This document shows, piece after piece, positions 18,923 through 28,511 of a stretch of 64,000 nucleotides of DNA. The translations under genes and the position numbers were made by a program. Every line of letters begins with the position of its first letter. Within the stretch, counting starts at the first letter, position 1. The DNA lies in the NCBI GenBank assembly GCA_966250225.1, contig CBINGM010000004.1:86457-150456 (forward strand), given 5' to 3'. Source of the stretch: an uncultured Pseudobdellovibrio sp. Its GTDB lineage: Bacteria; Bdellovibrionota; Bdellovibrionia; Bdellovibrionales; Bdellovibrionaceae. The notes beneath the pieces are model-generated. The model saw only the letters and a list, made by a program, of their open reading frames with translations, searched no databases and had not been told where the DNA came from.

Positions 18923-19708
18923 ATGCAGTCTTTAATTAACAAAATTTTTACCATCCTATTTCTTGTTTTTGCCACGACGTTTGCGCAAGCAGCGCCTTGG
19001 GGCACAGTGCATGGTTACAAGTTCAATGATTTAAACGGTAACGGTGTTGATAATGGCGAACCTCGCTTAGGTGGCATCACTATTTCAATTCAAGGTAATG
19101 GCGTGCAAATGTCTGACATCACAGACGCTATGGGCCGCTATGATTTCACGAATCTTCCTTTTCAAGAGTACATCGTCTGCGAAGTGTTAGGTATTAATTC
19201 ACCTTGGACACCGACAACCCCTCAATGTGTCGAGATTGAACTGACTCCAAAAGATTCAAGTGACATGGTAATTTTTGGCAATAAACGTAAACCTGAAGAA
19301 GACAAAGGTTGCACGCGCACGCAAGGTTTCTGGGGCAGTAGCCCTCAAGGCCAAGCTTTAGTAAAAGCGTTCTTCCCACCACCATCAACGTTAGCTTTAG
19401 GTGGTCACGGTTATACAGCGGCGCAATTAGATAGTATTTTAGATGCTCCTGTGGGAGGAAACGCCATCATTAATTTAGCGCACCAGTTAATTGCAGCTAA
19501 ATTAAATCTTTTAAATGGCGCAAGCTCAGCTCCGATTCTTACAACTATTAACAATGCCGATACAGCGATTGGCGCCCTGATCATTCCACCGATTGCAGGC
19601 GGCGCTGTCGTTTCTCCGGCATCACCACTGGGAATGACCATGACAAGCTTAGCTTCAGATTTAGATAAGTATAATAAAGGTGAAGCAGGAGTACCTCACT
19701 GCAACTAG
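18923..19708 (+). CDS. Secreted protein with SdrD-B/Cna-B-like domain and helical C-terminal domain (TQGFW motif)
   Basis: Signal peptide (AQA-A), GYKFNDLNGNG, GRYDFTNL, GCTRTQGFW, LAHQLIAAKLN. Start placed after the AAAGGA SD. Confidence 0.8.
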   Translation: MQSLINKIFTILFLVFATTFAQAAPWGTVHGYKFNDLNGNGVDNGEPRLGGITISIQGNGVQMSDITDAMGRYDFTNLPFQEYIVCEVLGINSPWTPTTPQCVEIELTPKDSSDMVIFGNKRKPEEDKGCTRTQGFWGSSPQGQALVKAFFPPPSTLALGGHGYTAAQLDSILDAPVGGNAIINLAHQLIAAKLNLLNGASSAPILTTINNADTAIGALIIPPIAGGAVVSPASPLGMTMTSLASDLDKYNKGEAGVPHCN

Positions 19709-19764
19709 ACAGACATTAATTCCCCATTCATTCACCTATTATCGCATGGGATTTCTATGACCCT

Positions 19765-19780
19765 TGGCCCAAATCTGGCA
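19765..19780 (+). promoter_or_regulatory. sigma54-like -24/-12 element
   Basis: TGGCCCAAATCTGGCA; same spacing and about the same distance (~51 nt) to ATG as the 18857 motif. Confidence 0.5.
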
Positions 19781-19831
19781 TTGAGGTACAGAGTTCGCTG
19801 AACTTTGCCCCGATGAAAGGAATAGAAAACC

Positions 19832-20626
19832 ATGCGATTATTAAATCATAAAATCATTACGATTCTTTTTTTAGCGTTTGCTTCTATAACTGCAGCCCAA
19901 GCTGATACAACCGGCTCAGTCCAAGGCTACGTCTTTCATGATGCCAACAACAATGGTTCAGACGATAGCGAAATGCGCTTACCGGGTTTTACGATTGTTT
20001 TAAAAAACCTGACAGGTTCAACGATTCGCATGGCTGATTTATCCAGCGTCGATGGTGGTTTTTCGTTTAAAGATCTGCCTTTTCAAAAATATCTTCTCTG
20101 CGAAGTTTTTCCAGCTGATTCAAAATGGATAACCACAACGGCGCAATGCCAGGAAATCGAAGTTTCAGAAATGAATGCAGCCGTCATGATTACTATCGGA
20201 AATCGCCCAAGATTAGAAACCGACATCGGCTGTGTGCGCTCGTATGCAACATGGACCGGAACCCCTCAGGGACAATTGTTATTTAGATTTTTAGTTCAAG
20301 ATCCAACAACAATTACACTCGGAACAGCGAAATATAATTCGCCACAGTTAATCACGCTCTTATCAACGCCACCCGGTGAAAACGCCTTACTGACTCTAGG
20401 GCACCAGCTAATCATTGCAAAAACAAATATTATGGCAACAGCCAGCGGAACTTCGGTTGCAGCCTCGATTGCTAACGCCGACACAGCTTTAGCCGATTTA
20501 TCGATGCCCTTAGGAAATTCAAATTTTATTGATGCTAAAACACCTGAAGGAAGAAAAATGCTAAGACTTGCCAACGAGCTTAATAGATATAATGACGGCA
20601 AAGCCGGCGTTCCGATTTGTAATTAG
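19832..20626 (+). CDS. Tandem paralog of 18923..19708 (SdrD-B-like secreted protein)
   Basis: GYVFHDANNNG, GGFSFKDL, GCVRSYATW, LGHQLIIAKTN; same Cys positions as the paralog. Confidence 0.8.
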   Translation: MRLLNHKIITILFLAFASITAAQADTTGSVQGYVFHDANNNGSDDSEMRLPGFTIVLKNLTGSTIRMADLSSVDGGFSFKDLPFQKYLLCEVFPADSKWITTTAQCQEIEVSEMNAAVMITIGNRPRLETDIGCVRSYATWTGTPQGQLLFRFLVQDPTTITLGTAKYNSPQLITLLSTPPGENALLTLGHQLIIAKTNIMATASGTSVAASIANADTALADLSMPLGNSNFIDAKTPEGRKMLRLANELNRYNDGKAGVPICN

Positions 20627-20630
20627 AAAA

Positions 20631-21194
20631 TTATTGGCCGCAAGTTAATTGCGGTAATTGGTTACGAACAGAATCAATCCAGCCTTTTAAAACGCTGGAT
20701 TGATCTTCGCAAAGATCAACCTTATTAGATCCACAGGCATCAGAAGCCGAACCTAGTTGAATCACATCATTAGAAGTAACTACTTCGGCGTAAGGTTCTT
20801 GAATCACTTGTGCACAGGCTTCAGTCGCCGAAGGACCACCACGGCAGACCGATGAACGCGAAAGAATCGAACGCACATCAGCTAACAAGTCATGAGATAA
20901 ACAATAAGTTTTAAAATCGCCGCTGGCTTCATCATGTTCAGCTAAAACGCCTGATTCAGGATCTAAAACGTAATTCAATTTCGTCTTCACATAAAACTTA
21001 TGTGAGCCTTTTTGCATTTCTGAATTTTGTTCAGTGAAAAATTTTAATTGCTGCACTTGCAGGTCAGATAAACTTTGCCCGTCGACTTTGTTATCGAGCT
21101 GTTGCGAAGTTTCATCGGCGAAATTACCGCGTGAACAGTTTTGATAAGAGAACAATAAAATTAGAACCAAAAAAACGATGTATTTAGTTTTCAT
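20631..21194 (-). CDS. Probable lipoprotein with Bdellovibrio-type (F/Y)QNC N-terminal motif
   Basis: MKTKYIVFLVLILLFSYQNCS; Cys-rich C-terminal half. Confidence 0.75.
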   Translation of the reverse strand: MKTKYIVFLVLILLFSYQNCSRGNFADETSQQLDNKVDGQSLSDLQVQQLKFFTEQNSEMQKGSHKFYVKTKLNYVLDPESGVLAEHDEASGDFKTYCLSHDLLADVRSILSRSSVCRGGPSATEACAQVIQEPYAEVVTSNDVIQLGSASDACGSNKVDLCEDQSSVLKGWIDSVRNQLPQLTCGQ

Positions 21195-21221
21195 TTTAAA
21201 GCCCCTTTTCACCCAGACTTC

Positions 21222-21248
21222 TTATCGGCATAAGTAAGACGTATCTAA
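21222..21248 (-). promoter_or_regulatory. sigma28 (FliA)-like promoter
   Basis: Minus strand TTAG-N15-GCCGATAA with a perfect -10 box. Confidence 0.6.
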
Positions 21249-21262
21249 ATGGGAAAAAGAGT

Positions 21263-21318
21263 AAAAAAAATAACTCCCTCAAAGGGTTGGTTTTAAAAAC
21301 CGGTTCTTGAGGGAGTTA
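21263..21318 (-). terminator. Intrinsic terminator downstream of the XRE regulator
   Basis: 12-bp stem TAACTCCCTCAA/TTGAGGGAGTTA followed by T8 on the minus strand. Confidence 0.7.
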
Positions 21319-21399
21319 TAAAATGTGATAGAGAATTTTTGCATTTGAGAGGCCGGACCGAAGTCCGGGTCTCTATTGTTACGGCTTTACGCCTTTGAA

Positions 21400-21720
21400 C
21401 TATCCGCCGTGAGTAGCTTCTGTGCCTGTGCTTGCAGAGGCATAGAATTTCTTTTTAAGATCTACTTCAACCTGAGCTACTGTCGCTTTTAATAAAACTT
21501 CAAACATCTCTTCTGGGTTGATTTTGTAAAGCTGAGATAAGCTTCTTAAAGTATTTAACGGTGGATGTGAAATACCTCTTTCCCAGTTCGAAATAAATTG
21601 AGAAGTTGAGTAGCCTAATTTTTCAGCAACGTCCTTTTGCGATAAGCCGGATTGTACGCGTTTTTCTTTTAAGAACTTTGCAAGGATCTCTATCTGATTT
21701 GTTCTTTCTGTTGTTAGCAT
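21400..21720 (-). CDS. XRE-family helix-turn-helix transcriptional regulator
   Basis: LKEKRVQSGLSQKDVAEKLGYSTSQFISNWERG; AAGGAG SD before ATG 21720. Confidence 0.92.
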   Translation of the reverse strand: MLTTERTNQIEILAKFLKEKRVQSGLSQKDVAEKLGYSTSQFISNWERGISHPPLNTLRSLSQLYKINPEEMFEVLLKATVAQVEVDLKKKFYASASTGTEATHGG

Positions 21721-22339
21721 TGCGCTCTCCTTCAAGTAACTTTTCCTAAATAAAATCATACCTACAGGAAAATTCCGTGGCTTGACCTGTTACTTGAATA
21801 CAGTTTAGCAACAAGGACTCATTTAATAAAGCATTATTGTCAAAAACCTGTTAAGTTTTCTACACAGAGTTTTGTTGAAATCTCGGCTCGCAAAATGCCC
21901 AATATTTTCGCAAACTTACCGCAGGACGCATTTAATTCGATTACGCCGGAAACAGATATGAAATTATGTCAAAACTAGACCTTTGACGGGAAAATCTCAC
22001 ATTGAGTCACATCTTAACAGCCCAAATATTATGTTAAGAACCCACAATTTACCCTCCCCAAAAAGGAGGGGTGCCTTAACAATAAAAAATAGCAAACGTG
22101 AGTTTAAAAACTTATTCAACTAAATTTGTTTAACAAATTTTTAATGTTAAAAACATGTTAAATAGATTTCTATTTATAATATTAAAGACACAAAAAACGA
22201 CGCAAATCCAGACCAAGCCAGGCAAGCAAACCCAGGCCTTTTCAAAAAAGATTCAACCGAGAAAATTCAGCAATAATTCTTCAAACCAGATTTTTGAACA
22301 CAAGTTTTTCACACTAAATTTTTACGAAGCCAGTAATTT

Positions 22340-22470
22340 TTCTGAAGAATCGAAAATACAAAAATAGCAGGGCACGCAGCCCGCGATGCTATTTTTGCGC
22401 GAGCCAGAGGGGCGTAGCCCCGGAGCTTTAGCGGAAGGGTTTTGGGCAGGAGCGCGGACGGCTAGTCCCA
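22340..22470. repeat. GC-rich palindromic (REP-like) intergenic element
   Basis: Multiple short hairpins (GGGGCGTAGCCCC); 12-mer TAGCCGTCCGCG shared with 42404-42415. Confidence 0.35.
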
Positions 22471-22474
22471 AAAC

Positions 22475-22502
22475 AAAAAACCCACTCTTTCGAGTGGGTT
22501 TT
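22475..22502 (-). terminator. Intrinsic terminator of rplM-rpsI
   Basis: Minus strand AAAACCCACTC-GAAA-GAGTGGGTTTTTT. Confidence 0.85.
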
Positions 22503-22552
22503 GAGAAAACCATCTTTGGAATGTCTTTCTGTATTCGGACAACTCGCAACGA

Positions 22553-22951
22553 TTAACGTTTTGAGTATTGACCTCTACGACGAGCACCACGGATACCGTA
22601 TTTTTTACGCTCAACCATACGAGGGTCACGAGTAACGAAGCCAGCTTTTTTAAGCTCGCCTTTGAATTCAGGATTGAAAGCGATTAATGCACGAGTAACA
22701 CCGTGACGGATAGCACCCGCTTGACCAGATTCGCCACCACCAGAAACCATAACGCGTAAATCAAATTTACCAGCTTGGCCTAATAGTTCGATTGGTTGCA
22801 TGATCACCATGCGAGATTGTAAACGAGTTAAATAGCTATCAGACGCTTTACCGTTGATAGTTACTTTGCCTTTACCTGGTTTTAAGTAAACACGAGCTGA
22901 ACTCGTTTTTCTTCTTCCAGTTGCGTAAAATAATTTTTCAGCTGCTGCCAT
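22553..22951 (-). CDS. rpsI: 30S ribosomal protein S9
   Basis: [44 protein letters not shown]. Confidence 0.99.
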   Translation of the reverse strand: MAAAEKLFYATGRRKTSSARVYLKPGKGKVTINGKASDSYLTRLQSRMVIMQPIELLGQAGKFDLRVMVSGGGESGQAGAIRHGVTRALIAFNPEFKGELKKAGFVTRDPRMVERKKYGIRGARRRGQYSKR

Positions 22952-22965
22952 ATTCATTTACCTTC

Positions 22966-23409
22966 TTATTTGTTCTTAACTTTTACAGTGTAAGCTTGAG
23001 GTTTTTGAGCAGCATGAGGATGCTCAGCACCTGGGTATACTTTTAATTTTGTAATTAATGTTTTTGAAAGTTTGTTAACTGGTAACATACCTTTTACTGC
23101 ATCTTCGATGATGAACTGAGAGTTATCTTGTCTCATGATTTCTGCAGATTTTTCTTTTAATGAACCAAAAAAGCGAGAGTGTCTGTAGTACTTTTTTGTG
23201 TTCCATTTGTTACCTGTCATTTCGATTTTGTCAGAGTTGATAACAACAACAAAACCACCAGCGTCTTGATTTGGTGTGAATGTAGGTAAGTTTTTACCAC
23301 GTAGGATGTTCGCTACGTGAGTCGCTAAGCGACCTAATCTTAAACCAGATGCGTCTACGATGAACCATTGACGATCAGTTTCTTCAGTTTTTGCGTTCCA
23401 AGTTTTCAT
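22966..23409 (-). CDS. rplM: 50S ribosomal protein L13
   Basis: WFIVDA, LGRLAT, LRGKNLPTFTP, LKVYPGAEHPHAAQKP. Confidence 0.99.
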   Translation of the reverse strand: MKTWNAKTEETDRQWFIVDASGLRLGRLATHVANILRGKNLPTFTPNQDAGGFVVVINSDKIEMTGNKWNTKKYYRHSRFFGSLKEKSAEIMRQDNSQFIIEDAVKGMLPVNKLSKTLITKLKVYPGAEHPHAAQKPQAYTVKVKNK

Positions 23410-23436
23410 TTTTTCTCCAAAGATAGAATGAGTGTT

Positions 23437-24234
23437 TTAAAGTTGACGGCACCTGTTGTCAAGGTCTTGGGGATAGAAAACTCGCATTAAATATAGACCC
23501 CGGGCTTCAGCTGGTGGACCGGCCTTGCGACGGTCCTGCGCCATGAGGATTTCCTGCATAGTTTCTGGCTTCCAATCCTTGCGAAATGCCAATAATTGCG
23601 TTCCCACGATATTTCTGACCATTTGTTTAAGGAATCCAGAGCCTGTGATTGTAAATTGTGCAACCTTAGGATTGCGCCAATTCCAGTGCGCGGAATGGAT
23701 AGTTCTGACCGTATGAGCCACTTCAGTGCCTACAGATTGGAAGCTTTTAAAGTCATGTTCGCCGATAAAATACTTCGAACACTCATTTAAATAGTCTAAA
23801 TCCATCGGTTTTCGCATCCAACTCATATTACGAGCGTTAATTGCACTCGGTTGCGGTTGGTTTAAAATTAAATAACGATAAGTTTTTTTCTCGGCCGAAA
23901 TTGTCGAGTGAAAATCATCCGGCGCAAGCCACGCTTTTTTCACAACAATAGATTGAGGAAGTTTGTGCTCAACCGCTCGAGCCAGATTGAAATTTTTTAA
24001 TTTCTCCTCTGACCAAGTTGTATCGAAGTGACAAACCTGATTAAGAGCATGAACACCAGCATCAGTTCTGCCTGAAGCATTCAAATAAACATCATGACAA
24101 AACACTTTCTCAAGCGCATTCGTGATCGTCTGAGAAACACTGGGTTTCGTGTTGTTTTCATGAGTGGCCGTCTGACGTTGCCAACCACAAAAGTCGGTTC
24201 CATCATAACTAACAGTAAATCGAATTCTAGGCAT
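23437..24234 (-). CDS. truA: tRNA pseudouridine(38-40) synthase
   Basis: YDGTDFCGWQRQ, SGRTDAGVHA, FLKQMVRNIVG, GLYL. Confidence 0.97.
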   Translation of the reverse strand: MPRIRFTVSYDGTDFCGWQRQTATHENNTKPSVSQTITNALEKVFCHDVYLNASGRTDAGVHALNQVCHFDTTWSEEKLKNFNLARAVEHKLPQSIVVKKAWLAPDDFHSTISAEKKTYRYLILNQPQPSAINARNMSWMRKPMDLDYLNECSKYFIGEHDFKSFQSVGTEVAHTVRTIHSAHWNWRNPKVAQFTITGSGFLKQMVRNIVGTQLLAFRKDWKPETMQEILMAQDRRKAGPPAEARGLYLMRVFYPQDLDNRCRQL

Positions 24235-24453
24235 GCAGAGGGTGTATTATAACTAAGCCCCCAAGTCCAAAATAATTATGAAAATCCAATCAGATTAAAC
24301 CAAAGACGAAGAAAAAACTTCCAAAAGATAATTCAATTTCAAATCATAACAAAAAAAATCTACGATTGTAGCACCAAGGACGCCGGAAGGCGGCCCTTCA
24401 GAATAAGGTCTGCCGGAGGCAGATCAAAACCAGAAGCTCGGCTCCGCCCTACC

Positions 24454-26640
24454 CTAGAAATCGAAACCCATACCGGCTTGAACATACCCATTCTCGAGAG
24501 AGAAAGCTTCCGAGCTAACGCTTAAGAATTTGTATTCAACGCTTAACCATAAGTTTTTGATATCGTATTCCGTAGAAAACTCAGCCCCTAAATCACGATC
24601 GATCGCTGAAAGATTTAATAAACCGCCCCCAAAAGCATAAAAACCTGGAGCACCGATACCTTTAACGTCTGATTTATCTTCACGCTTTTCGGCAAGCACA
24701 GTGTAAACACCACCGCCACCAAAATACGGAACTAAAATCTGACGGTCACGGTATTCAAAACGATAAATACCACCGGCAAAAAGAGGAACAGTTAAGAAAG
24801 AATACGATTCAACTGATTCTGTATTTAAATTTGAAACTAAGCGGCCTTGGCCTTGAGCGTAGCTGATAGATATACCTAATTGTAAACCCAGCTTTCCGAA
24901 ATTTACGCCATTATCAGTAAAGAAAAAGTTTTCGTAAACATATTCAAAACCCATTCCAGAAGCGCCCGAGTAGATATCATCGAAAGTGATTGTTTGGCAG
25001 TTCTGATCGTTCTCATCACACACTTCTGATTCAACATCAGGATTTGAAACCATACCTAAACGCACATGACTGGCTTGTTTTACGTTTTGTGGTTCTGGCT
25101 TGTAGATGTAAACGCCGTCTTTATCGATTTTTACTAAACCATCAGCCTGAGAGCCTTTACGCTGCACCGTTTTTTGATTTGGAAAAAGCTGAGCATAAGC
25201 TTTAGTTTGCGCTAAAAATGCGACTGAAAATAACACTAAAAAGATTTTTAAGCGGTTGCGGTTACTTACCCCGAAAGTTTTCCAGAGCTGAATAAAAAAT
25301 TTCATTTGGCGTAAAAATAAAATCGTCATCACTAATCCTAAAAGCGCATATAAGAAACCGAATTTAAGACTTAATAATGAAAAGAAATAAAACGGATACA
25401 GCATCACACGCGCTGCAAATCGTAACACTTCAGACTGGGCGATAAATTTTGCCGCCGGTGGAGAATATTTGTAATACGCTTTTACAAATTCACGTCCAAA
25501 ATCGTACGGAATTAAAAAATGATTGCGAAACTGTCTGAACGTTTCAACTTCTTTGGCCATATCAGAACCAAAAGCAGCCGTTGAAATAAAACAGCTTTTA
25601 TCATCAAGTAAACCTACAACCTCTGAGGGCTGCCCACAGTTTTCAGCGGCAGTTCCCCCAGTGGTTAAATAAAAAATATTCTGTGCTTTATTGATATTAC
25701 CCATGATCAGGCAATAATCGTGGTAATTTGTAAAACCATTTAACGTCGCATCGATACTGTAATCTTTTGTATCGTAGGCTTTGATAATCGGATCACTGCT
25801 GGCCGTTGAAACATTCGCTGGGTTTAATGCTTGTCCGGTTTGATCTTGAGAAAAGAACGCAACGCCGTACCAGTCAGGCGCACCTGAAGGCACTAATGGT
25901 GTTGACGAAGACAAAATCAAATCACGCATAAATAGTTTTTCATCGCCGCCCACATCAAGTGTGAAACCGCAGGCTCCGAATTTTGTATTATCTTGTGAAG
26001 CGCACACAGCCTGCTGGTTGATCGCGGCCTGAGTGATATCGATATGGTGTAAATAGATCGGAAACGAAGCTGTCTCAGACTCTTCAACACCATCACCGTC
26101 TACATCAATACCCACAAAAATTCGACGCCCTGATTGAAATGATTGCCCCGTTGTAGGATTTGATGTCGGCGTACACGCGGCAGATCCGAAATTAGTGTCT
26201 TGAGCACAAACATTACCCCAGGTTACTGTCACAGGAACAGTTACTGTTGAACTAGCAGCTGCAGTAATTGTGTTATTTGTTGTACCGATTTGAATGGGAT
26301 TTGCTGTATCGAAGTTTGTACCTACACCCGTGTAAACTTTAATCGCACGATTTGTAATCGCCGTGTTCGTTGAAATCGTGATTCCGATTTGTAAAGCCGC
26401 ATGAACACTTGTTGGGTTACAGGCCACTGCCGGAGTTGTTGTGCTCGTGCAGGTATTACAAGTGCTGCCCGAAGAGGGACTTGCACAAGTTCCAGCGATA
26501 CCGCCGTAAAGAGCTATTCCGCTAGATTCCGTATTTTCAGCGAAGCTTCCGCCGCTCACACCGTTAATAGTGAAATCAGCGGCATGAACTGCCGAGAAAA
26601 ATAACAAAATAGATAGGATTAAACTACGCTGCAACATCAC
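24454..26640 (-). CDS. Secreted protein with CFI-box-CTERM-like segment, followed by a second signal-peptide-like segment and a C-terminal outer-membrane beta-barrel
   Basis: SCFISTAAFG...FRQFRNHFL...FVKAYYKYSP; internal RLKIFLVLFSVAFLAQTKAYA; amphipathic strands ending GMGFDF. Confidence 0.8.
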   Translation of the reverse strand: MMLQRSLILSILLFFSAVHAADFTINGVSGGSFAENTESSGIALYGGIAGTCASPSSGSTCNTCTSTTTPAVACNPTSVHAALQIGITISTNTAITNRAIKVYTGVGTNFDTANPIQIGTTNNTITAAASSTVTVPVTVTWGNVCAQDTNFGSAACTPTSNPTTGQSFQSGRRIFVGIDVDGDGVEESETASFPIYLHHIDITQAAINQQAVCASQDNTKFGACGFTLDVGGDEKLFMRDLILSSSTPLVPSGAPDWYGVAFFSQDQTGQALNPANVSTASSDPIIKAYDTKDYSIDATLNGFTNYHDYCLIMGNINKAQNIFYLTTGGTAAENCGQPSEVVGLLDDKSCFISTAAFGSDMAKEVETFRQFRNHFLIPYDFGREFVKAYYKYSPPAAKFIAQSEVLRFAARVMLYPFYFFSLLSLKFGFLYALLGLVMTILFLRQMKFFIQLWKTFGVSNRNRLKIFLVLFSVAFLAQTKAYAQLFPNQKTVQRKGSQADGLVKIDKDGVYIYKPEPQNVKQASHVRLGMVSNPDVESEVCDENDQNCQTITFDDIYSGASGMGFEYVYENFFFTDNGVNFGKLGLQLGISISYAQGQGRLVSNLNTESVESYSFLTVPLFAGGIYRFEYRDRQILVPYFGGGGVYTVLAEKREDKSDVKGIGAPGFYAFGGGLLNLSAIDRDLGAEFSTEYDIKNLWLSVEYKFLSVSSEAFSLENGYVQAGMGFDF

Positions 26641-26672
26641 CTAAATATTGCAGCACTAAAGTTTAGGCTTTG

Positions 26673-27677
26673 CTAGGAAAAAATGCGTTCTGCGATCTGT
26701 AAACCGTTTAGAGCAGCACCTTTTTTAAGATTGTCTGAAACCACCCACATTAACCAACGATTTGGGTTATGACGATCTTGGTGAATACGACCTACAAACA
26801 CTGGATCTTCACCAGAAACATCAATCGCTGTCGGATAATCGTCTTGCATAACAGCTAACCCTTCAAAAGAACCTAAAGTGTTGATCACTTCATCTTTTGT
26901 GGCTGGTTTATTTAAAGTGACCCACACCGCTTCAGAGTGAGCATTTAAAGCTGGAATACGCACTGTAAAGGCAGACACTTTAATTTTATCATCACCCATG
27001 ATTTTGCAAGTTTCGTTCATGATTTTAGTTTCTTCAGTACAGAAACCATCAGCGCCGAAACCACCAATTTGTGGAATACAGTTAAAAAGAATTTGTTTCG
27101 GAAAAATTTTAGCTGCGTGATCAGGAGTTTGAAAGTTTCTTGTCTGATCTAATAACTCATCAAAACCTGGAAGACCTGCACCGCTTACCGCTTGGTAGCT
27201 TGATACAGTCACATCAGAAATTCCGAATTTATCGTATAAAGGTTTAAGGGCTACCACTAACTGAATTGTCGAACAGTTAGGGTTAGCAATAATTTGTGGT
27301 TTTGAATTTTCATTTAATAAATGACCATTCACTTCAGGAACAACTAAGTTGATACCTTGATCCATACGAAATGCATTTGAATTATCAATCGCAAATGCAC
27401 CAGATTTCACAGCTTGCGGAGCCCATTCTTTTGAAATGTCATCACCAGAAGAGAAGAAAACCATATCAAGGCCATCGAAGCAGCCTGGTTTTAAAACCTG
27501 ACAAGCCCACTCTTTACCGGCTAATTCTAACTTAACACCTAAAGATTTATCCGAAGCAAAAGGACGAAGTTCAGCAATAGGAAACGCGTACTCTTCTAAC
27601 ATGTTGATGAATGTCTCACCCACAACGCCAGTAGCACCTACTAAACCAACTTTTAAAGCCTTTTTCCAGGGTTTCAT
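26673..27677 (-). CDS. asd: Aspartate-semialdehyde dehydrogenase
   Basis: VGATGVVG, IANPNCSTIQ, SYQAVSGAG, DNLKKGAALN. Confidence 0.98.
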   Translation of the reverse strand: MKPWKKALKVGLVGATGVVGETFINMLEEYAFPIAELRPFASDKSLGVKLELAGKEWACQVLKPGCFDGLDMVFFSSGDDISKEWAPQAVKSGAFAIDNSNAFRMDQGINLVVPEVNGHLLNENSKPQIIANPNCSTIQLVVALKPLYDKFGISDVTVSSYQAVSGAGLPGFDELLDQTRNFQTPDHAAKIFPKQILFNCIPQIGGFGADGFCTEETKIMNETCKIMGDDKIKVSAFTVRIPALNAHSEAVWVTLNKPATKDEVINTLGSFEGLAVMQDDYPTAIDVSGEDPVFVGRIHQDRHNPNRWLMWVVSDNLKKGAALNGLQIAERIFS

Positions 27678-28495
27678 TAGTCGACCTCTTCTTGTAAATC
27701 GTTTTCATTCGTGTTTGCCGGAGCATAAACGCTAGCTGGTAATTGTTTACGGTTTTTTCCCCAACGGAAAATTCCGAACACAGCACCTAAAGCCGCATAG
27801 CCAAAGAATAATACGAACAACATCACTTCAGGACGAAGTGCTACGATAAATAAAACAATTACACCGGCGATTAAATATCTAAACGGTAAACGTTGTTTTA
27901 AATCGATGTCTTTGAATGAGCGGTATCTGAAGTTAGAAACCATCACGAAAGCTAGTAAGATGGTAACAACTAATAAAGCGATATTGCCTTCAGCAGGCCA
28001 GCCCATATCTTCAAACGCTAAGAATGCTGAAGCGATGATACCGGCTGCCATCGGAATTGGTAAACCTTGGAAATAGTTTTTTTCAACGACGCCCACTTGC
28101 ACATTAAAACGCGCCAAACGTAAAACACCGCACGCTGCGAATAAGAATGAAGCCATGTAACCTAAACGCCCAAACGGTTGTAATGACCAGAAGTACATTA
28201 ACATACCCGGTGCTACACCGAAACTGACAGCGTCACATAAAGAATCAAGCTCGGCACCGAACTTAGAAGTGGCGCGAGTCAAACGAGCTAAACGACCGTC
28301 TAATTGGTCAAAGATCGCAGCTACTACGATCGCAATCGCTGCGGCTTTATAATCTTTTTCAAAAGTTTTAATAATCGAAAAAAATCCACAGAATAAGTTA
28401 CCGATCGTTACTAGATTCGGTAAAATATAAACGTACATTCCCAGGCGTTTGCCTGATTTTGTTTTCTCTTCAAGCTCATCGAATGAATCAACCAT
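27677..28495 (-). CDS. pssA: CDP-diacylglycerol--serine O-phosphatidyltransferase
   Basis: LPNLVTIGN, DQLDGRLAR...FGAELDSLCD, LRLARFN, FQGLPIP. Confidence 0.93.
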   Translation of the reverse strand: MVDSFDELEEKTKSGKRLGMYVYILPNLVTIGNLFCGFFSIIKTFEKDYKAAAIAIVVAAIFDQLDGRLARLTRATSKFGAELDSLCDAVSFGVAPGMLMYFWSLQPFGRLGYMASFLFAACGVLRLARFNVQVGVVEKNYFQGLPIPMAAGIIASAFLAFEDMGWPAEGNIALLVVTILLAFVMVSNFRYRSFKDIDLKQRLPFRYLIAGVIVLFIVALRPEVMLFVLFFGYAALGAVFGIFRWGKNRKQLPASVYAPANTNENDLQEEVD

Positions 28496-28511
28496 AATTT
28501 ATCCTATGCAA

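Noticed and set aside
22147-22161. TTAA-N7-TTAA (CtrA-box-like) motif
   Set aside because: CtrA is alphaproteobacterial and the region is very AT-rich, so a chance match is likely.
22155-22549. Track ORFs 22155..22367 (+) and 22322..22549 (-)
   Set aside because: No SD, no recognisable motifs, and they run through AT-rich DNA, hairpins and the rpsI terminator.
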